Origin: an uncultured Dictyoglomota bacterium
Lineage (GTDB): Bacteria > Dictyoglomota > Dictyoglomia > Dictyoglomales > Dictyoglomaceae
Assembly (NCBI GenBank): GCA_964654465.1
Contig: CAZZIO010000065.1
Span: 32,001 to 96,000 of the forward strand
Direction: 5' to 3'
DNA: 64,000 nucleotides
Part shown: piece by piece, positions 32,473-43,163 of the stretch
How the letters are laid out: every line of letters starts with the position of its first letter
Position numbering within the stretch: the stretch's first letter is position 1
Translations under genes and position numbers: made by a program
Notes under the pieces: generated by a model
Seen by the model: only the letters and a program-made list of their open reading frames with translations
Database searches by the model: none
What the model was told of the DNA's origin: nothing

Positions 32473-33666
32473 ATGAAGAAGCTTCTAATTTTAAGCTTGA
32501 TTCTTTTATTAGTTTTCACCTTATCTAAAGGAGCAGTTCCTGGCAAAATAACTATCTGGACGTCAGAAGCACAAGTTAAAGGATTAAGAGAAGCTGTTAA
32601 ACCTTTTGTACAAAAATATGGTATCCAGGTAGAAGTAAATGAGGTAAGTTTTGGAGATATTAAACCCAAATTCATAACTGCTGCACCTACAGGAGAGGGT
32701 CCAGACATCATTGTTGGGGCTCATGATTGGGTTGGAGAATTAGTAGTAAATGGCCTTCTTCTTCCAATAGATTTCTTACCACAAAAAGTACTCGATGAAT
32801 TTACACCTGTCACTTTAAAAGCCATGTCCTATAGGGGAAAATTATATGGAATCCCCTACTCCATGGAAGCAGTAGCCTTAATTTATAATAAAGATTTAGT
32901 TCCAAATCCTCCAACTACCTATGAATCCTTAGTTAGGGTGTCTAAAAGTTTAACAAAAGGTGGAATTTATGGATTCCTATATGACTATAATAACTTCTAT
33001 TTTAGTTTTCCTTTCTTCTCAGCTCTTGGAGGATATGTCTTTAAAGAAACTCCAAATGGATTAGATCCATTGGACATAGGACTTGCAAATGAAGGAGCAA
33101 TTAAAGGAATCGAAAAATTAGTCAATCTCTTTAAAGAGGGCATCTTAAAACAAGGAGTAGATTACCAAACAACTACCAGTTTATTCTCAGAAGGTAAATT
33201 AGGAATGATGATAAATGGTCCATGGGAAATAGATAATATCAAAAAAGCAAAAATAAACTATGGGGTAGCCAAATTACCTAAGATTGATGGAAAACCAATG
33301 AGGCCTTTTGTAGGAGTTCAAGGCTTTATGTTAAATTCCAGATCACCCAATCTAGCTATATTAAAAACCTTTGCAATTGAAGTATTAGCCTCTAAAGAAT
33401 TAGAATTAAAACTCTTTGAGACAGATCCCAGAATATTGGCAAGGAAAGACGCTTATAGAGTAGTATCATCAAATCCAGACATAAAAGCCTTTGGAGCAAG
33501 TGCTGCTGATGGAATTCCTATGCCTAATATACCAGAAATGGGGCCTGTATGGAGCTACATGGGTGACGCCCTCACTTTGATAACCTCAGGCAAAAAAGCT
33601 CCTGATGTTGCCTTAAAAGAGGCAGTTGCACAGATAAAAGATGCCATACAAAAAGCAAGAAAGTAA
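32473..33666 (+). CDS. malE: Maltose/maltodextrin-type ABC substrate-binding protein
   Basis: GEGPDIIVGAHDWVG, LIYNKDL, INGPW, PFVGV, PMPNIPEMGPVW. Confidence 0.9.
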   Translation: MKKLLILSLILLLVFTLSKGAVPGKITIWTSEAQVKGLREAVKPFVQKYGIQVEVNEVSFGDIKPKFITAAPTGEGPDIIVGAHDWVGELVVNGLLLPIDFLPQKVLDEFTPVTLKAMSYRGKLYGIPYSMEAVALIYNKDLVPNPPTTYESLVRVSKSLTKGGIYGFLYDYNNFYFSFPFFSALGGYVFKETPNGLDPLDIGLANEGAIKGIEKLVNLFKEGILKQGVDYQTTTSLFSEGKLGMMINGPWEIDNIKKAKINYGVAKLPKIDGKPMRPFVGVQGFMLNSRSPNLAILKTFAIEVLASKELELKLFETDPRILARKDAYRVVSSNPDIKAFGASAADGIPMPNIPEMGPVWSYMGDALTLITSGKKAPDVALKEAVAQIKDAIQKARK

Positions 33667-33676
33667 TAATACACCA

Positions 33677-33705
33677 AAGGAGGGAGAAATATTTTCTCCC
33701 TCCTT
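33677..33705 (+). terminator. Intercistronic hairpin after malE
   Basis: AAGGAGGGAGAAA-TAT-TTTCTCCCTCCTT 13-bp stem. Confidence 0.7.
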
Positions 33706-33726
33706 CTTTACAGGAGGTAACTCGAA

Positions 33727-35241
33727 ATGAATCTTTATAAGACAATCTTTCATATTTTATACTCTATAGTAATAGCTGTAATAGGGATATTTTTTAGTTA
33801 TATTATAGGAAATGTAGCAGGACTTATATGGGGTTTAATCTTTTTCATGGTTACTTTCTTCTTTTCTTTATTTGTTTTACATCCTAAAACCTATCCATGG
33901 AGATATATAGTACCTGCCTTTCTTTTAATGTTCATATTTATGATTTATCCAATTATTTATACCATCCAAATAGCTTTTACAAATTATGGTACTGGACACA
34001 TACTCACTAAATCTCAAGTGATTGAACAATTAGAAAAGGAAACTTATTTACCTGAAAATACTCAAAAATATGAATACGCTGTTTATGAAAGTGATAACAA
34101 GATTAAAATCTTATTGAAAGATTCCATGGGTAATATATATAAAATTGAAAACAAAAAATTGATATTGATTTCAAAAGATAACTTTCCTTCTGAATATGAA
34201 GAATATAAATTAATCTCCCAAGAGAAAAAATTCTCTAAAATTCCCTTACTACAAAATCTTAAATTTGAACTGGAAGATGACTCCTTTCTTCAACTTTCAG
34301 ACCTTAATCATTTCTCGTTATATAAACAAAGATATGTTTATATTCCAGAGGAAGATGTAATAATAGATAAACTCACTAATGAAAAATTATTTCCAAAGGA
34401 TGGATTCTTTACAAGACCAAATGGTGAAAAGATAATTCCTGGATTTGTTGAGTTTGTAGGTACAGAAAATTTTGTAAGATTAATAAAGGATGATAGAGTA
34501 TCTAAGCCCTTCCTTAGAGTGTTTCTATGGACCATTTTTTGGGCAGCAGGAACAACTCTCTTAAACTTTACAGTAGGATTATTTTTAGCATTACTTATGA
34601 ATGATAAAAATTTAAAATTTAAAGGTATTTATAGAACACTACTTATAGTCCCTTGGGCTATCCCTGCATTTATATCTCTACTTATATGGGTAGGATTACT
34701 TAATACAGAAGTAGGAGTAGTGAATAGAATCTTGTTTTCCCTTTTTGGAGTTAAGATACCATGGTTCTTAGAAACTACATGGGCAAGAGTAGCATTGTTT
34801 GTGGTAAATTTATGGCTTGGATATCCATATGCTATGACAGTTTGCTTAGGTGCTTTACAAAGTATCCCAGAGGAGCTCTATGAAGCAGCAAAAGTTGATG
34901 GAGCAAGCTATTTTCAACAATTAAGAAGTATAACATTACCTCTTCTCCTAACAGCTATTGGTCCTCTTTTAGTTGGAACTTTTGCTTTTAATTTTAACAA
35001 TTTTAACGTAATATATTTACTTACATCAGGTAAACCTCCTATGTCTGATATCTCCACAGTAGCTGGTACCACTGACATCCTAATTTCTTATACATATAAA
35101 CTTGCCTTTGAAGGTGGTAGAGGTCAAGACTATGGTTTAGCAGCCACTATATCAATTATCGTATTTATCATAATAGCTTTAATAAGTATATTTAACTTTT
35201 GGATTTCTGGTATGTTTAAACGTGAGGTGAGATACGAATGA
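33727..35241 (+). CDS. malF: Maltose-type ABC permease with large periplasmic P2 loop
   Basis: IAFTNY, PWAIPAFIS, LYEAAKVDGA EAA motif, FAFNFNNF, TDILISYTY. Confidence 0.92.
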   Translation: MNLYKTIFHILYSIVIAVIGIFFSYIIGNVAGLIWGLIFFMVTFFFSLFVLHPKTYPWRYIVPAFLLMFIFMIYPIIYTIQIAFTNYGTGHILTKSQVIEQLEKETYLPENTQKYEYAVYESDNKIKILLKDSMGNIYKIENKKLILISKDNFPSEYEEYKLISQEKKFSKIPLLQNLKFELEDDSFLQLSDLNHFSLYKQRYVYIPEEDVIIDKLTNEKLFPKDGFFTRPNGEKIIPGFVEFVGTENFVRLIKDDRVSKPFLRVFLWTIFWAAGTTLLNFTVGLFLALLMNDKNLKFKGIYRTLLIVPWAIPAFISLLIWVGLLNTEVGVVNRILFSLFGVKIPWFLETTWARVALFVVNLWLGYPYAMTVCLGALQSIPEELYEAAKVDGASYFQQLRSITLPLLLTAIGPLLVGTFAFNFNNFNVIYLLTSGKPPMSDISTVAGTTDILISYTYKLAFEGGRGQDYGLAATISIIVFIIIALISIFNFWISGMFKREVRYE

Positions 35242-36083
35242 GAAAAAACAAAATCATACTCCAAATTCCCAAGCATATAATCATTTGGATATTTTTAGTA
35301 TTCACTTTCTTTCCAGTAGCTTGGACTATCTCTGCATCCATTAGGGCTGGAGGTAGCTTGGTAGGGCAAAAACTTATCCCCGATAATATTACTATAGAAC
35401 ATTATTCCAACCTAAAAGATATTGGCTTTTTTAATTGGATAAAAAATTCCCTTATAGTATCTATAACTACAGCTATACTTACAGTATTTTTTGTTTCCCT
35501 TGCTGCCTATGCTTTTTCAAAATTTGAGTTTTGGGGTAAAAAATATTCTCTTCTCACCTTATTAATACTTCAAATGTTTCCTGCTATTATGGGAATGGTT
35601 GCTGTCTACTTGCTACTTTATCATTTAGGGAAATATCTACCATTTTTAGGTCTTAATACTCTCTCTGGATTGATAATGATATATTTAGGTGGAGGAATAC
35701 CATATAATATATGGCTTATGAAAGGATTTTTTGATAGTATTCCAGATTCTCTTGAAGAATCTGCATTAATAGATGGTGCCACAAGATTTCAAGCCTATTA
35801 CAAGATAATTTTACCTCTTTCTACACCTATTTTGTCAGTTGTAGCTATAACCTCCTTTATTGGAACATATTCTGATTTCCTTTTAGCAAGTATTGTATTA
35901 AAGGATCCATCCAAATATACTTTTGCTGTTGGCTTAAGAAATTTTATATCAGGAATGTATGATGTAAGATGGGGGGATTTTGCTGCAGCATCGATAGTTG
36001 GAGCATTACCTATTGTCATTATGTTTTTAGCTCTTCAAAACTTGATTGTATCTGGTTTAACTCGTGGGGCTGTTAAGGAGTAA
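35238..36083 (+). CDS. malG: Maltose-type ABC permease
   Basis: LQMFP, WLMKGFFDSIP, LEESALIDGA, SGLTRGAVK. Confidence 0.92.
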   Translation: MRKNKIILQIPKHIIIWIFLVFTFFPVAWTISASIRAGGSLVGQKLIPDNITIEHYSNLKDIGFFNWIKNSLIVSITTAILTVFFVSLAAYAFSKFEFWGKKYSLLTLLILQMFPAIMGMVAVYLLLYHLGKYLPFLGLNTLSGLIMIYLGGGIPYNIWLMKGFFDSIPDSLEESALIDGATRFQAYYKIILPLSTPILSVVAITSFIGTYSDFLLASIVLKDPSKYTFAVGLRNFISGMYDVRWGDFAAASIVGALPIVIMFLALQNLIVSGLTRGAVKE

Positions 36084-36105
36084 GGTAGGTTTACCTACCT
36101 TACTC
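36078..36105 (+). terminator. Hairpin at the end of malG
   Basis: GAGTAAGGTAGG-TTTA-CCTACCTTACTC 12-bp stem. Confidence 0.65.
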
Positions 36106-36154
36106 TCCCAAGTAATGATATAATAAACAGAAAACAAATTTCTTGGGGGTGTAT

Positions 36155-36652
36155 ATGAAAAAAGCTATAATAATTTTAGTCTTATTTATTATCCCTCTTT
36201 TCTCAATAATAATAGCTGAAGATATATCCTTAACCATACAAGGAAAAGAAGTAAAAGGAGAAAATATAGATGGATTAATCTTTTATATATCCAAAATTGA
36301 CAAATTAGAAGCTTTACCTTTTGATTCTTCTAATATAAAGCCAGAGAAAAACCATGTCTTTTATATCTTTGAAATATATGTGCTAAACAAAACAAATAAA
36401 GAATTATTAATAAAACACGATAATTTTCGTCTTATAAATGATGATGGAATTAAAATTCCTATTAGTACATTAGGAGCTATTTATTATGGTTTAAGGGGGC
36501 AAGAAGTATTTTTCATGAGGTATATAAAACCTAACGAGATGAAATCTGGTCTCCTCATATTTGAATTAAATAAAAACAATACACCTTATAAGTTAAAAAT
36601 CTTAGACATTCCTAATAAGGGAAAAAACTATACTATCTCCTTGAAGATTTAG
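36155..36652 (+). CDS. Exported DUF4352-like protein
   Basis: Signal peptide; FRLINDDG; IKPNEMKSGLLIFE. Confidence 0.65.
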   Translation: MKKAIIILVLFIIPLFSIIIAEDISLTIQGKEVKGENIDGLIFYISKIDKLEALPFDSSNIKPEKNHVFYIFEIYVLNKTNKELLIKHDNFRLINDDGIKIPISTLGAIYYGLRGQEVFFMRYIKPNEMKSGLLIFELNKNNTPYKLKILDIPNKGKNYTISLKI

Positions 36653-37864
36653 CTCTATATAAGTCAGGTACGAACTTTTAGTATCTATTAAAATCTTTCC
36701 CATATCTCTAAAGGGAAGAAGATCTTGGAGGCTACCTTCAGGCAATATAAAATCAAAGCCATCCAATATATCTTTATGCTTAAAAATATCTAAAATCATA
36801 TTTATAATCCTTTTATCTTCTACCTTTATAACTCCATATTTATACTTTAAGGCAAACTGCAAATCTTTCATTTCTTTTCCACAGTATATGCATTTAAACT
36901 TATAGTTATCTAAAATTACTTGATATGAAGCCTTTCCACAGAAAAAACATATAACTCTACCCTCTTCGTCTATCATATTTATAAAAGATGGTTTCTCTTT
37001 AATTTTCTTTTCACCAAATGACCTTCTCAAAAACCAGAAATCTTGTTTTTTATACTGCAAAAACCTATCTCTTACATAAATATCAGACAAATTTCCTTTT
37101 ATAACTTCTTCTTCAAGTTTATATACTTCTGAGATCTTCTTCAAAAATTTTTCTCTATATGCTTTGGCAATTAAGGAAGCTACTCTCACTTCTATAAACT
37201 TATTTTCTGAATCAGAAATAGTAATAACTTCAGCCCCCTTTTCTTTAACATGCTGTAAATATTTATTAAGAATATTACCTATACCATAATCATCAATTAC
37301 AATCCTTAAGTCTTCAAAAGGTACATTATAAATAAGATTTTTCAATAGTTTCTCATATCCCAGATCCATCAACATATTTATATTAAATCTATCTATTTCC
37401 CTTGGCATTATAAGATCAATCTTATATTTTAGATCTTCTATTGAATTCAGAGAAAAAAGCAATTTTTCCCAATATTCATAATTATGTTTTTTCTTGGTAT
37501 CAGAAGTACTAAATTCTAAAGAAATATTTTTCAGAATTTCCTTAGGTACCATTACTCCTGCAAGTACAAGTGGCCCAAAAGGCTCCCCTTTTCCCGTCTC
37601 ATCAAATCCCAACAAATAATTCTTTAAATTATCACTTTCACTCTTTATTATGGAATCTATTAATTCCCAAATTCTCCATATCTCATTAGAAGGAGTGCTG
37701 TAAAGCTTATTAGATGAATAGTATATAAATATACTATTTCCTAATCTTATCCTCCAAATCTCATAAATACTTTTAGGATTTTCCTCTATTCCCCCTCTTT
37801 TTATGAGCTCTTCCTTTATTTTTTCTGCCTTTTCTCTGGTTACAACCCATGTACTTCCATACAC
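36602..37864 (-). CDS. rnhC: Ribonuclease HIII-like protein with a C-terminal Zn-ribbon extension
   Basis: N-terminal TBP-like domain; GFDETGKGEPFGPL; DTKK; IDD; SENKFIEVRVASLIAK (DEDE-type); CFFC...CIYC. Confidence 0.7.
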   Translation of the reverse strand: MYGSTWVVTREKAEKIKEELIKRGGIEENPKSIYEIWRIRLGNSIFIYYSSNKLYSTPSNEIWRIWELIDSIIKSESDNLKNYLLGFDETGKGEPFGPLVLAGVMVPKEILKNISLEFSTSDTKKKHNYEYWEKLLFSLNSIEDLKYKIDLIMPREIDRFNINMLMDLGYEKLLKNLIYNVPFEDLRIVIDDYGIGNILNKYLQHVKEKGAEVITISDSENKFIEVRVASLIAKAYREKFLKKISEVYKLEEEVIKGNLSDIYVRDRFLQYKKQDFWFLRRSFGEKKIKEKPSFINMIDEEGRVICFFCGKASYQVILDNYKFKCIYCGKEMKDLQFALKYKYGVIKVEDKRIINMILDIFKHKDILDGFDFILPEGSLQDLLPFRDMGKILIDTKSSYLTYIELNLQGDSIVFSLIRNV

Positions 37865-37866
37865 CT

Positions 37867-38412
37867 TTAATCTTCCTCTATTACAGGAATTCTCTTTATA
37901 TTAGGATCTGTAAATATATCATATTCATCAGAATTTCTTGTAGAAAATTCTGAAACAATAGCTCCTTCATCTCCTGCCTGAAACCAATGAGGGGTATTAG
38001 GATATAAAGTATATTGTTCACCAGGATTTAACTCAATCTCATGCCAAACTGTAAAATATCTTCTCTTATCTTCTGGAATAATAGCCTTTGGATTTCTTGT
38101 TGGTTCTCCAGGAACATAAAGATAAACCTTTCCCCATCTACATCTAAAAGTCTCTTCTTTACCTAAATCTCCATTAAATGGGGGATGTCTATGTTCGGGA
38201 CATGTTTGGCGAGGAAACAAAATAAGTTCTTTTGCACAAACCCTCTCAGTACTCACATATGTAAGTATTTGAAGTCCAAAAACAGACAACATTCCTAAAC
38301 CAAAATCAGCCACTTCAATCTTTCTCTTTTCTTCCTCCGTAATTACTATATGGGCTTTTTCCAAAAAAGAAATGGCTTTCTCTCTTGCCTTATCATATTC
38401 ACTTCTTTTCAT
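37867..38412 (-). CDS. D-lyxose/D-mannose isomerase (cupin, YdaE-like)
   Basis: CAKEL...QTCPEHRHP, KEETFRCRWG, HWFQAG, SEFST; AGGAGG RBS favours ATG 38412. Confidence 0.92.
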   Translation of the reverse strand: MKRSEYDKAREKAISFLEKAHIVITEEEKRKIEVADFGLGMLSVFGLQILTYVSTERVCAKELILFPRQTCPEHRHPPFNGDLGKEETFRCRWGKVYLYVPGEPTRNPKAIIPEDKRRYFTVWHEIELNPGEQYTLYPNTPHWFQAGDEGAIVSEFSTRNSDEYDIFTDPNIKRIPVIEED

Positions 38413-38428
38413 AATCAACCTCCTGAAT

Positions 38429-39685
38429 CTATTTATTTAAACTCTTATAAAGTTTCTTAAACTCCTTAATAAGCTCAGATGTTATTCTGCCAAACCCATA
38501 TCTTACTTCAATATAAATATTTCTCATTCTTTTCAATGAATTATCATTAAAAAGATCAGAGGTCTTCTTATAGACATCGTAAGTAGTATCAGAATATCTA
38601 ATATCAGCCCCCATTTCTCTACTATCTAAAAGGTATTTCCTGTAGTATTCTCTAATAGGATTAAGATTATCCCTACCAAAAAGATTTTGAAGCATCTTTA
38701 TTGGATTCAAAGAGGGGAATATAAATTCTTTTTCTTCTATATAGTTTTCTTCTTTTTTATACGTTCTATAAAATCTCTTCATTACCCAATATATAATTAA
38801 AATTAGTGTTACCGTTACAAAGATATAAAATGACACAATTATAATCTTATCTAATAAATCGGAAGTTATATGTCTCCTCTCCCAAAGGAATTTGAGGAAT
38901 TTATTTATCTCGGGATTCATATTCATAATTTCTCTTGAAGATCTTCCAATTAATCCTCTGTTAGCCATAAAGGAGATAATAAAGTAAATTATTTTACCTA
39001 TCACATATCCGATAATAATAAAGATAACTGAAATTAAAGTTATAAAAATGAAATAAATAAAAGAGAAAACATAACTTGCTACCCAAAACAATTTATCTCT
39101 CACAAAAGGTATACTCAAAAGCATAGAGAAAACAAGAATAGCCAAGGCATATCTAATATTTAAGGACATAAGATTTTTATCTTCCGGTTTATGCTCTAAA
39201 TATCTTAAAGTTCTTAGCAGAATTATGCTTGATATAAAATACATCAACAAGGATGATGATACTACACTTTCTAAAATAATAAACTTAATAGTACTTATAT
39301 ATCTCATAGCGAAAGTTGTAAGAAATAATAATAAAGCTAAGGGATAGGTTTTATTAAAATGCTCTAAAACTGAGCCATACGTAACATCCCTTTGGGTATA
39401 AAGAAGAAATAAAGTTAATCCTCCTAAAATTAACAAAAACAATTTCTCATATATGAAAATTGGGACAAACAAAAGCAGTAGGAAAGGGAGAAAGATAAGT
39501 TTTTTAAATCTCCTCTTAATAATAACTCCACAAAGTAAAACAAAAACTAAGGAAAGATATGAAATATAATATATCTTAAGGTTGTAAAGCAGAATAATAG
39601 CTGTACCTATCAAAGAAAAAAGAAAAGAAATTCTTGCTAATAAATCAAGAAATATAAGCCACATTTTTATCCTTTTTAACCTCAT
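38429..39685 (-). CDS. Multi-pass membrane protein, DUF4129-like C-terminus (MoxR operon member)
   Basis: Many TM helices; IREYY...YIEVRYG tail; start uncertain. Confidence 0.7.
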   Translation of the reverse strand: MRLKRIKMWLIFLDLLARISFLFSLIGTAIILLYNLKIYYISYLSLVFVLLCGVIIKRRFKKLIFLPFLLLLFVPIFIYEKLFLLILGGLTLFLLYTQRDVTYGSVLEHFNKTYPLALLLFLTTFAMRYISTIKFIILESVVSSSLLMYFISSIILLRTLRYLEHKPEDKNLMSLNIRYALAILVFSMLLSIPFVRDKLFWVASYVFSFIYFIFITLISVIFIIIGYVIGKIIYFIISFMANRGLIGRSSREIMNMNPEINKFLKFLWERRHITSDLLDKIIIVSFYIFVTVTLILIIYWVMKRFYRTYKKEENYIEEKEFIFPSLNPIKMLQNLFGRDNLNPIREYYRKYLLDSREMGADIRYSDTTYDVYKKTSDLFNDNSLKRMRNIYIEVRYGFGRITSELIKEFKKLYKSLNK

Positions 39686-40784
39686 ATTTCAATATTCTTT
39701 CTGAAAGATAAGGAAAATTATCACTATTTATGGATATGACAATCACTTTTGTGAATTCTGTATCTAAAGAATTTATAATAGGAATATACTCTTTCAACAC
39801 ATAAGGAGTAATTATAACAAATGTAGAAATAAGTAAATTTCCTGTTCTAAAAAATCTCTTTATGGTCTCTTCAAAAGGTAAATTAACATTATAAGAAACC
39901 CTTCCTAAATACTCTAACAGCAAATATAGATGAGCCTCTCCTATCCCAGGATATATAGTGTTTTCATCCCTTGAAAGTCCATAAATCAAGGAATTAGTAG
40001 AAAAGCCAAAAGGAATCTTCTTCTCGTTAAAAGCTTCAGCTACTCCTCTCGCTATAGATATACATTTCTCAATACCTTCTTCATCCATATTAAACCAATA
40101 GGGCTTTGAGCATTCTACATTAAGAAGAATCATAACATTGTTTTCAAAGGTAAAATCAAAATTTTTAACCAATAATTCTCCATGTTTTAAGGACAAAGGC
40201 CAATGAATTGTTTTAGAAGGTTCTCTACCAGTATATTCCTTTACTCCTATTATCATGGTTGGATCTTCAATAATCCATCTCTTAACCGATATATCTCCAT
40301 GATAATCTCCATAAGGTATTAAACCCTCTTCCATATCCATCTTCTTAGGTAACACAACAATATCTTGCATATAATTTAAAGATTTAGTCTTAACCTTAAG
40401 CCCAAAAAAATCTCCCCCTAAAATCTCCACATTACCAAAAATATATCTTCCTCTTTTATAACATGTAGCCAAATACTTTCTTCTTATCCTTTGAAAAGGT
40501 AGTATAAAAAAAGTCATAGTATGATATAGAAAATTCTTCGTTCTTATCTTATCAACTTTAAACTTATAATCTAATGTTCCTGGAAGTTCCTCCACTACTT
40601 GCAAGAAAGTAACCGGTATAATTTTTTTGTTTTCTATTACAATTTCAATGAAAAACTCTTCTCCTGGTTCTATTAATTTTTTTGAAAAATATCTATGAAA
40701 GCTGAGACCTTCTAAAACATAATATTTAGAAAGCTCATTTATTATTAACCCTATAAGAATGACAAAAAATAAAATATAAATCAA
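39645..40784 (-). CDS. DUF58 family protein
   Basis: KRGRYIF, DFFG, GVKEYT...IHW...LLVK; follows MoxR. Confidence 0.9.
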   Translation of the reverse strand: MIYILFFVILIGLIINELSKYYVLEGLSFHRYFSKKLIEPGEEFFIEIVIENKKIIPVTFLQVVEELPGTLDYKFKVDKIRTKNFLYHTMTFFILPFQRIRRKYLATCYKRGRYIFGNVEILGGDFFGLKVKTKSLNYMQDIVVLPKKMDMEEGLIPYGDYHGDISVKRWIIEDPTMIIGVKEYTGREPSKTIHWPLSLKHGELLVKNFDFTFENNVMILLNVECSKPYWFNMDEEGIEKCISIARGVAEAFNEKKIPFGFSTNSLIYGLSRDENTIYPGIGEAHLYLLLEYLGRVSYNVNLPFEETIKRFFRTGNLLISTFVIITPYVLKEYIPIINSLDTEFTKVIVISINSDNFPYLSERILKYEVKKDKNVAYIS

Positions 40785-40786
40785 GG

Positions 40787-41731
40787 TTAAATCTCCTCTA
40801 CAGGTACTTTTATAGTTTCTAATAAGTTATTTATTACCTCATATATGTCTTTACTCTTCGAAGCCCCAATAGTGATTATACGGTGATTGAGAATGAAAGG
40901 AGCCAAATATTTTATATCCTCAGGAATAATATAATCCCTTCCATTAAATAATGCAAAAACCTGACTTGCTTTAAACAAAGCTACGCTTCCTCTTGGACTT
41001 ACTCCAAGAAGTATAGATTCTGATTTTCTTGTTGAATCTATAATATCTAAGAGATAATCCATAACTTCTTTTGAAACCCTAACATTAATAAAATTCTCTC
41101 TTAAATAATTTATCTCATCAGTATCTACCACAGTTTCTATATCCTCAAGCATATCCCTTTTCTTGTTTCTATTTATTATCTCTATTTCTTCTTCTCTATT
41201 GGGATATCCTATCTTTATTCTCATAAAAAATCTATCTAATTCAGCTTCTGGTAGAGGGAAAGTACCATAAGTTTCAACTGGATTTTGGGTTGCAAGAACC
41301 ATAAAAGGATCAGGAAGTCTTCTTGTGACACCATCAACCGTTACTTGTTTTTCCTCCATAGCTTCTAATAAGCTTGATTGAGTCCTTGGAGTTGCCCTAT
41401 TAATCTCATCAGCTAAGATTATATTGGCAAATAATGGACCCGGTCTAAATTCAAATTCTCCCTTTTTTTGATTATAAAAATTTATACCTGTAAGATCTGA
41501 CGGTAAAAGATCAGGAGTAAATTGTATTCTTTTAAAGCTTCCTCCTATTGTCTTCGCAAAAGCTTTAACCATTAGAGTTTTACCAAGGCCGGGAACATCT
41601 TCTATCAACACATGTCCCCCACAAATAAATGCAACCGCTATTAGCTCTATTATTTTCTCTTTGCCAACAATAACCCTTGAAACGTTTTTCACCACTTTTT
41701 CTTTAAAATCTATGTATTTTTTTATATCCAT
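40787..41731 (-). CDS. moxR: MoxR family AAA+ ATPase
   Basis: EDVPGLGKT, RIQFTPDLLPSD, DEINRATPRTQSSLLEAM, ATQNP. Confidence 0.95.
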   Translation of the reverse strand: MDIKKYIDFKEKVVKNVSRVIVGKEKIIELIAVAFICGGHVLIEDVPGLGKTLMVKAFAKTIGGSFKRIQFTPDLLPSDLTGINFYNQKKGEFEFRPGPLFANIILADEINRATPRTQSSLLEAMEEKQVTVDGVTRRLPDPFMVLATQNPVETYGTFPLPEAELDRFFMRIKIGYPNREEEIEIINRNKKRDMLEDIETVVDTDEINYLRENFINVRVSKEVMDYLLDIIDSTRKSESILLGVSPRGSVALFKASQVFALFNGRDYIIPEDIKYLAPFILNHRIITIGASKSKDIYEVINNLLETIKVPVEEI

Positions 41732-41815
41732 TGAAATTATCCTCCCATTATTTAGGTTCTTTTACTTTTTATTTTATCACTCTTTTAATATTAGGAGAAT
41801 AAATTTTTTGAAGAA

Positions 41816-43162
41816 TTAATCTTTTTCTAATAACACAATGTTTTCTACATGAAATGTATGAGGAAACATATCTACAGGTTGAACTTCTTTAACCCTATAT
41901 CCAGAATTTACAAGAACATTTATATCGCGAGCCAAGGTTGAGGGATAACAGGATATGTAAATGATTTGCTTAACATTACTATTTATAATCGCATCCAAAA
42001 GAATCTTATCACATCCTTTTCTTGGTGGATCTAAAACCACTGCATCAGGAATTTTACCTTCAGAGATTAACCTGGGAATAACCTCTTCTGATCTACCCCA
42101 AATAAATTCTACATTTTTAACCTTGTTTATTCTGGTGTTTTTCCACGCATCTTCTATGGCTGATCTTTCTATCTCAATTCCATACACTTTTTTGGCCTTT
42201 TTAGATAAAAATAAAGATATAGTACCAATTCCACAATAAGCATCAAAAACTAAATTGCTATCTTCTGATAAATATTCTACAGCTTTACTATATAGTTTTT
42301 CTGTTTGTATCGAATTTACCTGAAAGAAAGAAACGGGAGAAATTTCAAAAATAAAACCCCCTATTTTGTCCTTTATGACCTCTTCTCCCCATATGAGTCT
42401 TGATTCCTCTCCAAATATCTCATTTGTACGCTTTGGATTAATATTAATATAAAATGATCTTAAATTTGGATGTTTGAATTTAAAATATCTTGCAATTTTC
42501 TTAGCATTATTAAGCATCTTCTTTGAAACTAAAATAACCATTAATTCATCAAAGGCAAAGGATCTGCGAGCTACCATAAATCTAATTTCTCCTTTGTGTT
42601 CTAATTCATTGTATATTTCTATCCTAAATTTCTTTATTGCCTCTTTAACTGTTTCAATAAGTCCGTCAGTATCCTCATGTTGAACTATGCACTTTTTAAT
42701 ATCCACAATATGATGAGTATTAGTTTTATAAAAACCAACTACTATTTTGCCATTTCTTCGCCCAACAGGAATCTTTGCCTTATTTCTATATCTATAAGGG
42801 TAATCCATACCAATAACAGGTTTAATATATACATTAACTTTACCAATTCTCTTAAATGTATCCTCAACTATCCTTCTTTTTAAATCCAATTGATATTCAT
42901 AACTAACATGCATTAAATGGCAACCACCACATCTATAAAAAACATCGCATAGAGGATCAACCCTATGGGTATCTTTTTCAACAAAATCTACAATTTTACC
43001 TATAGCATAATCTTTTTTAGCTGTATGAATTCTGATCTTTACTATTTCACTAGGAAGGCCGTAATCAACAAATACCACAAATCCCTCAATATGGGCTATT
43101 CCTTGTCCTTGAGAATTAATCCCATCAATTTTTACTATGTATTCTTCCCCTACTTTTACCAC
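41816..43162 (-). CDS. rlmD: 23S rRNA (uracil-1939-C5)-methyltransferase
   Basis: TRAM domain; C-x5-CGGC Fe-S motif; SFFQVN; DAYCGIG; DPPRKG; YISC; VDMFPHT. Confidence 0.93.
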   Translation of the reverse strand: MVKVGEEYIVKIDGINSQGQGIAHIEGFVVFVDYGLPSEIVKIRIHTAKKDYAIGKIVDFVEKDTHRVDPLCDVFYRCGGCHLMHVSYEYQLDLKRRIVEDTFKRIGKVNVYIKPVIGMDYPYRYRNKAKIPVGRRNGKIVVGFYKTNTHHIVDIKKCIVQHEDTDGLIETVKEAIKKFRIEIYNELEHKGEIRFMVARRSFAFDELMVILVSKKMLNNAKKIARYFKFKHPNLRSFYININPKRTNEIFGEESRLIWGEEVIKDKIGGFIFEISPVSFFQVNSIQTEKLYSKAVEYLSEDSNLVFDAYCGIGTISLFLSKKAKKVYGIEIERSAIEDAWKNTRINKVKNVEFIWGRSEEVIPRLISEGKIPDAVVLDPPRKGCDKILLDAIINSNVKQIIYISCYPSTLARDINVLVNSGYRVKEVQPVDMFPHTFHVENIVLLEKD

Positions 43163-43163
43163 T

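Noticed and set aside
14972-33705. Similar hairpins at 14972 and 33677 (GGAGA.AAATAT loop region) as a repeat family
   Set aside because: Only two short copies; purine/pyrimidine-tract stems are the normal terminator style here
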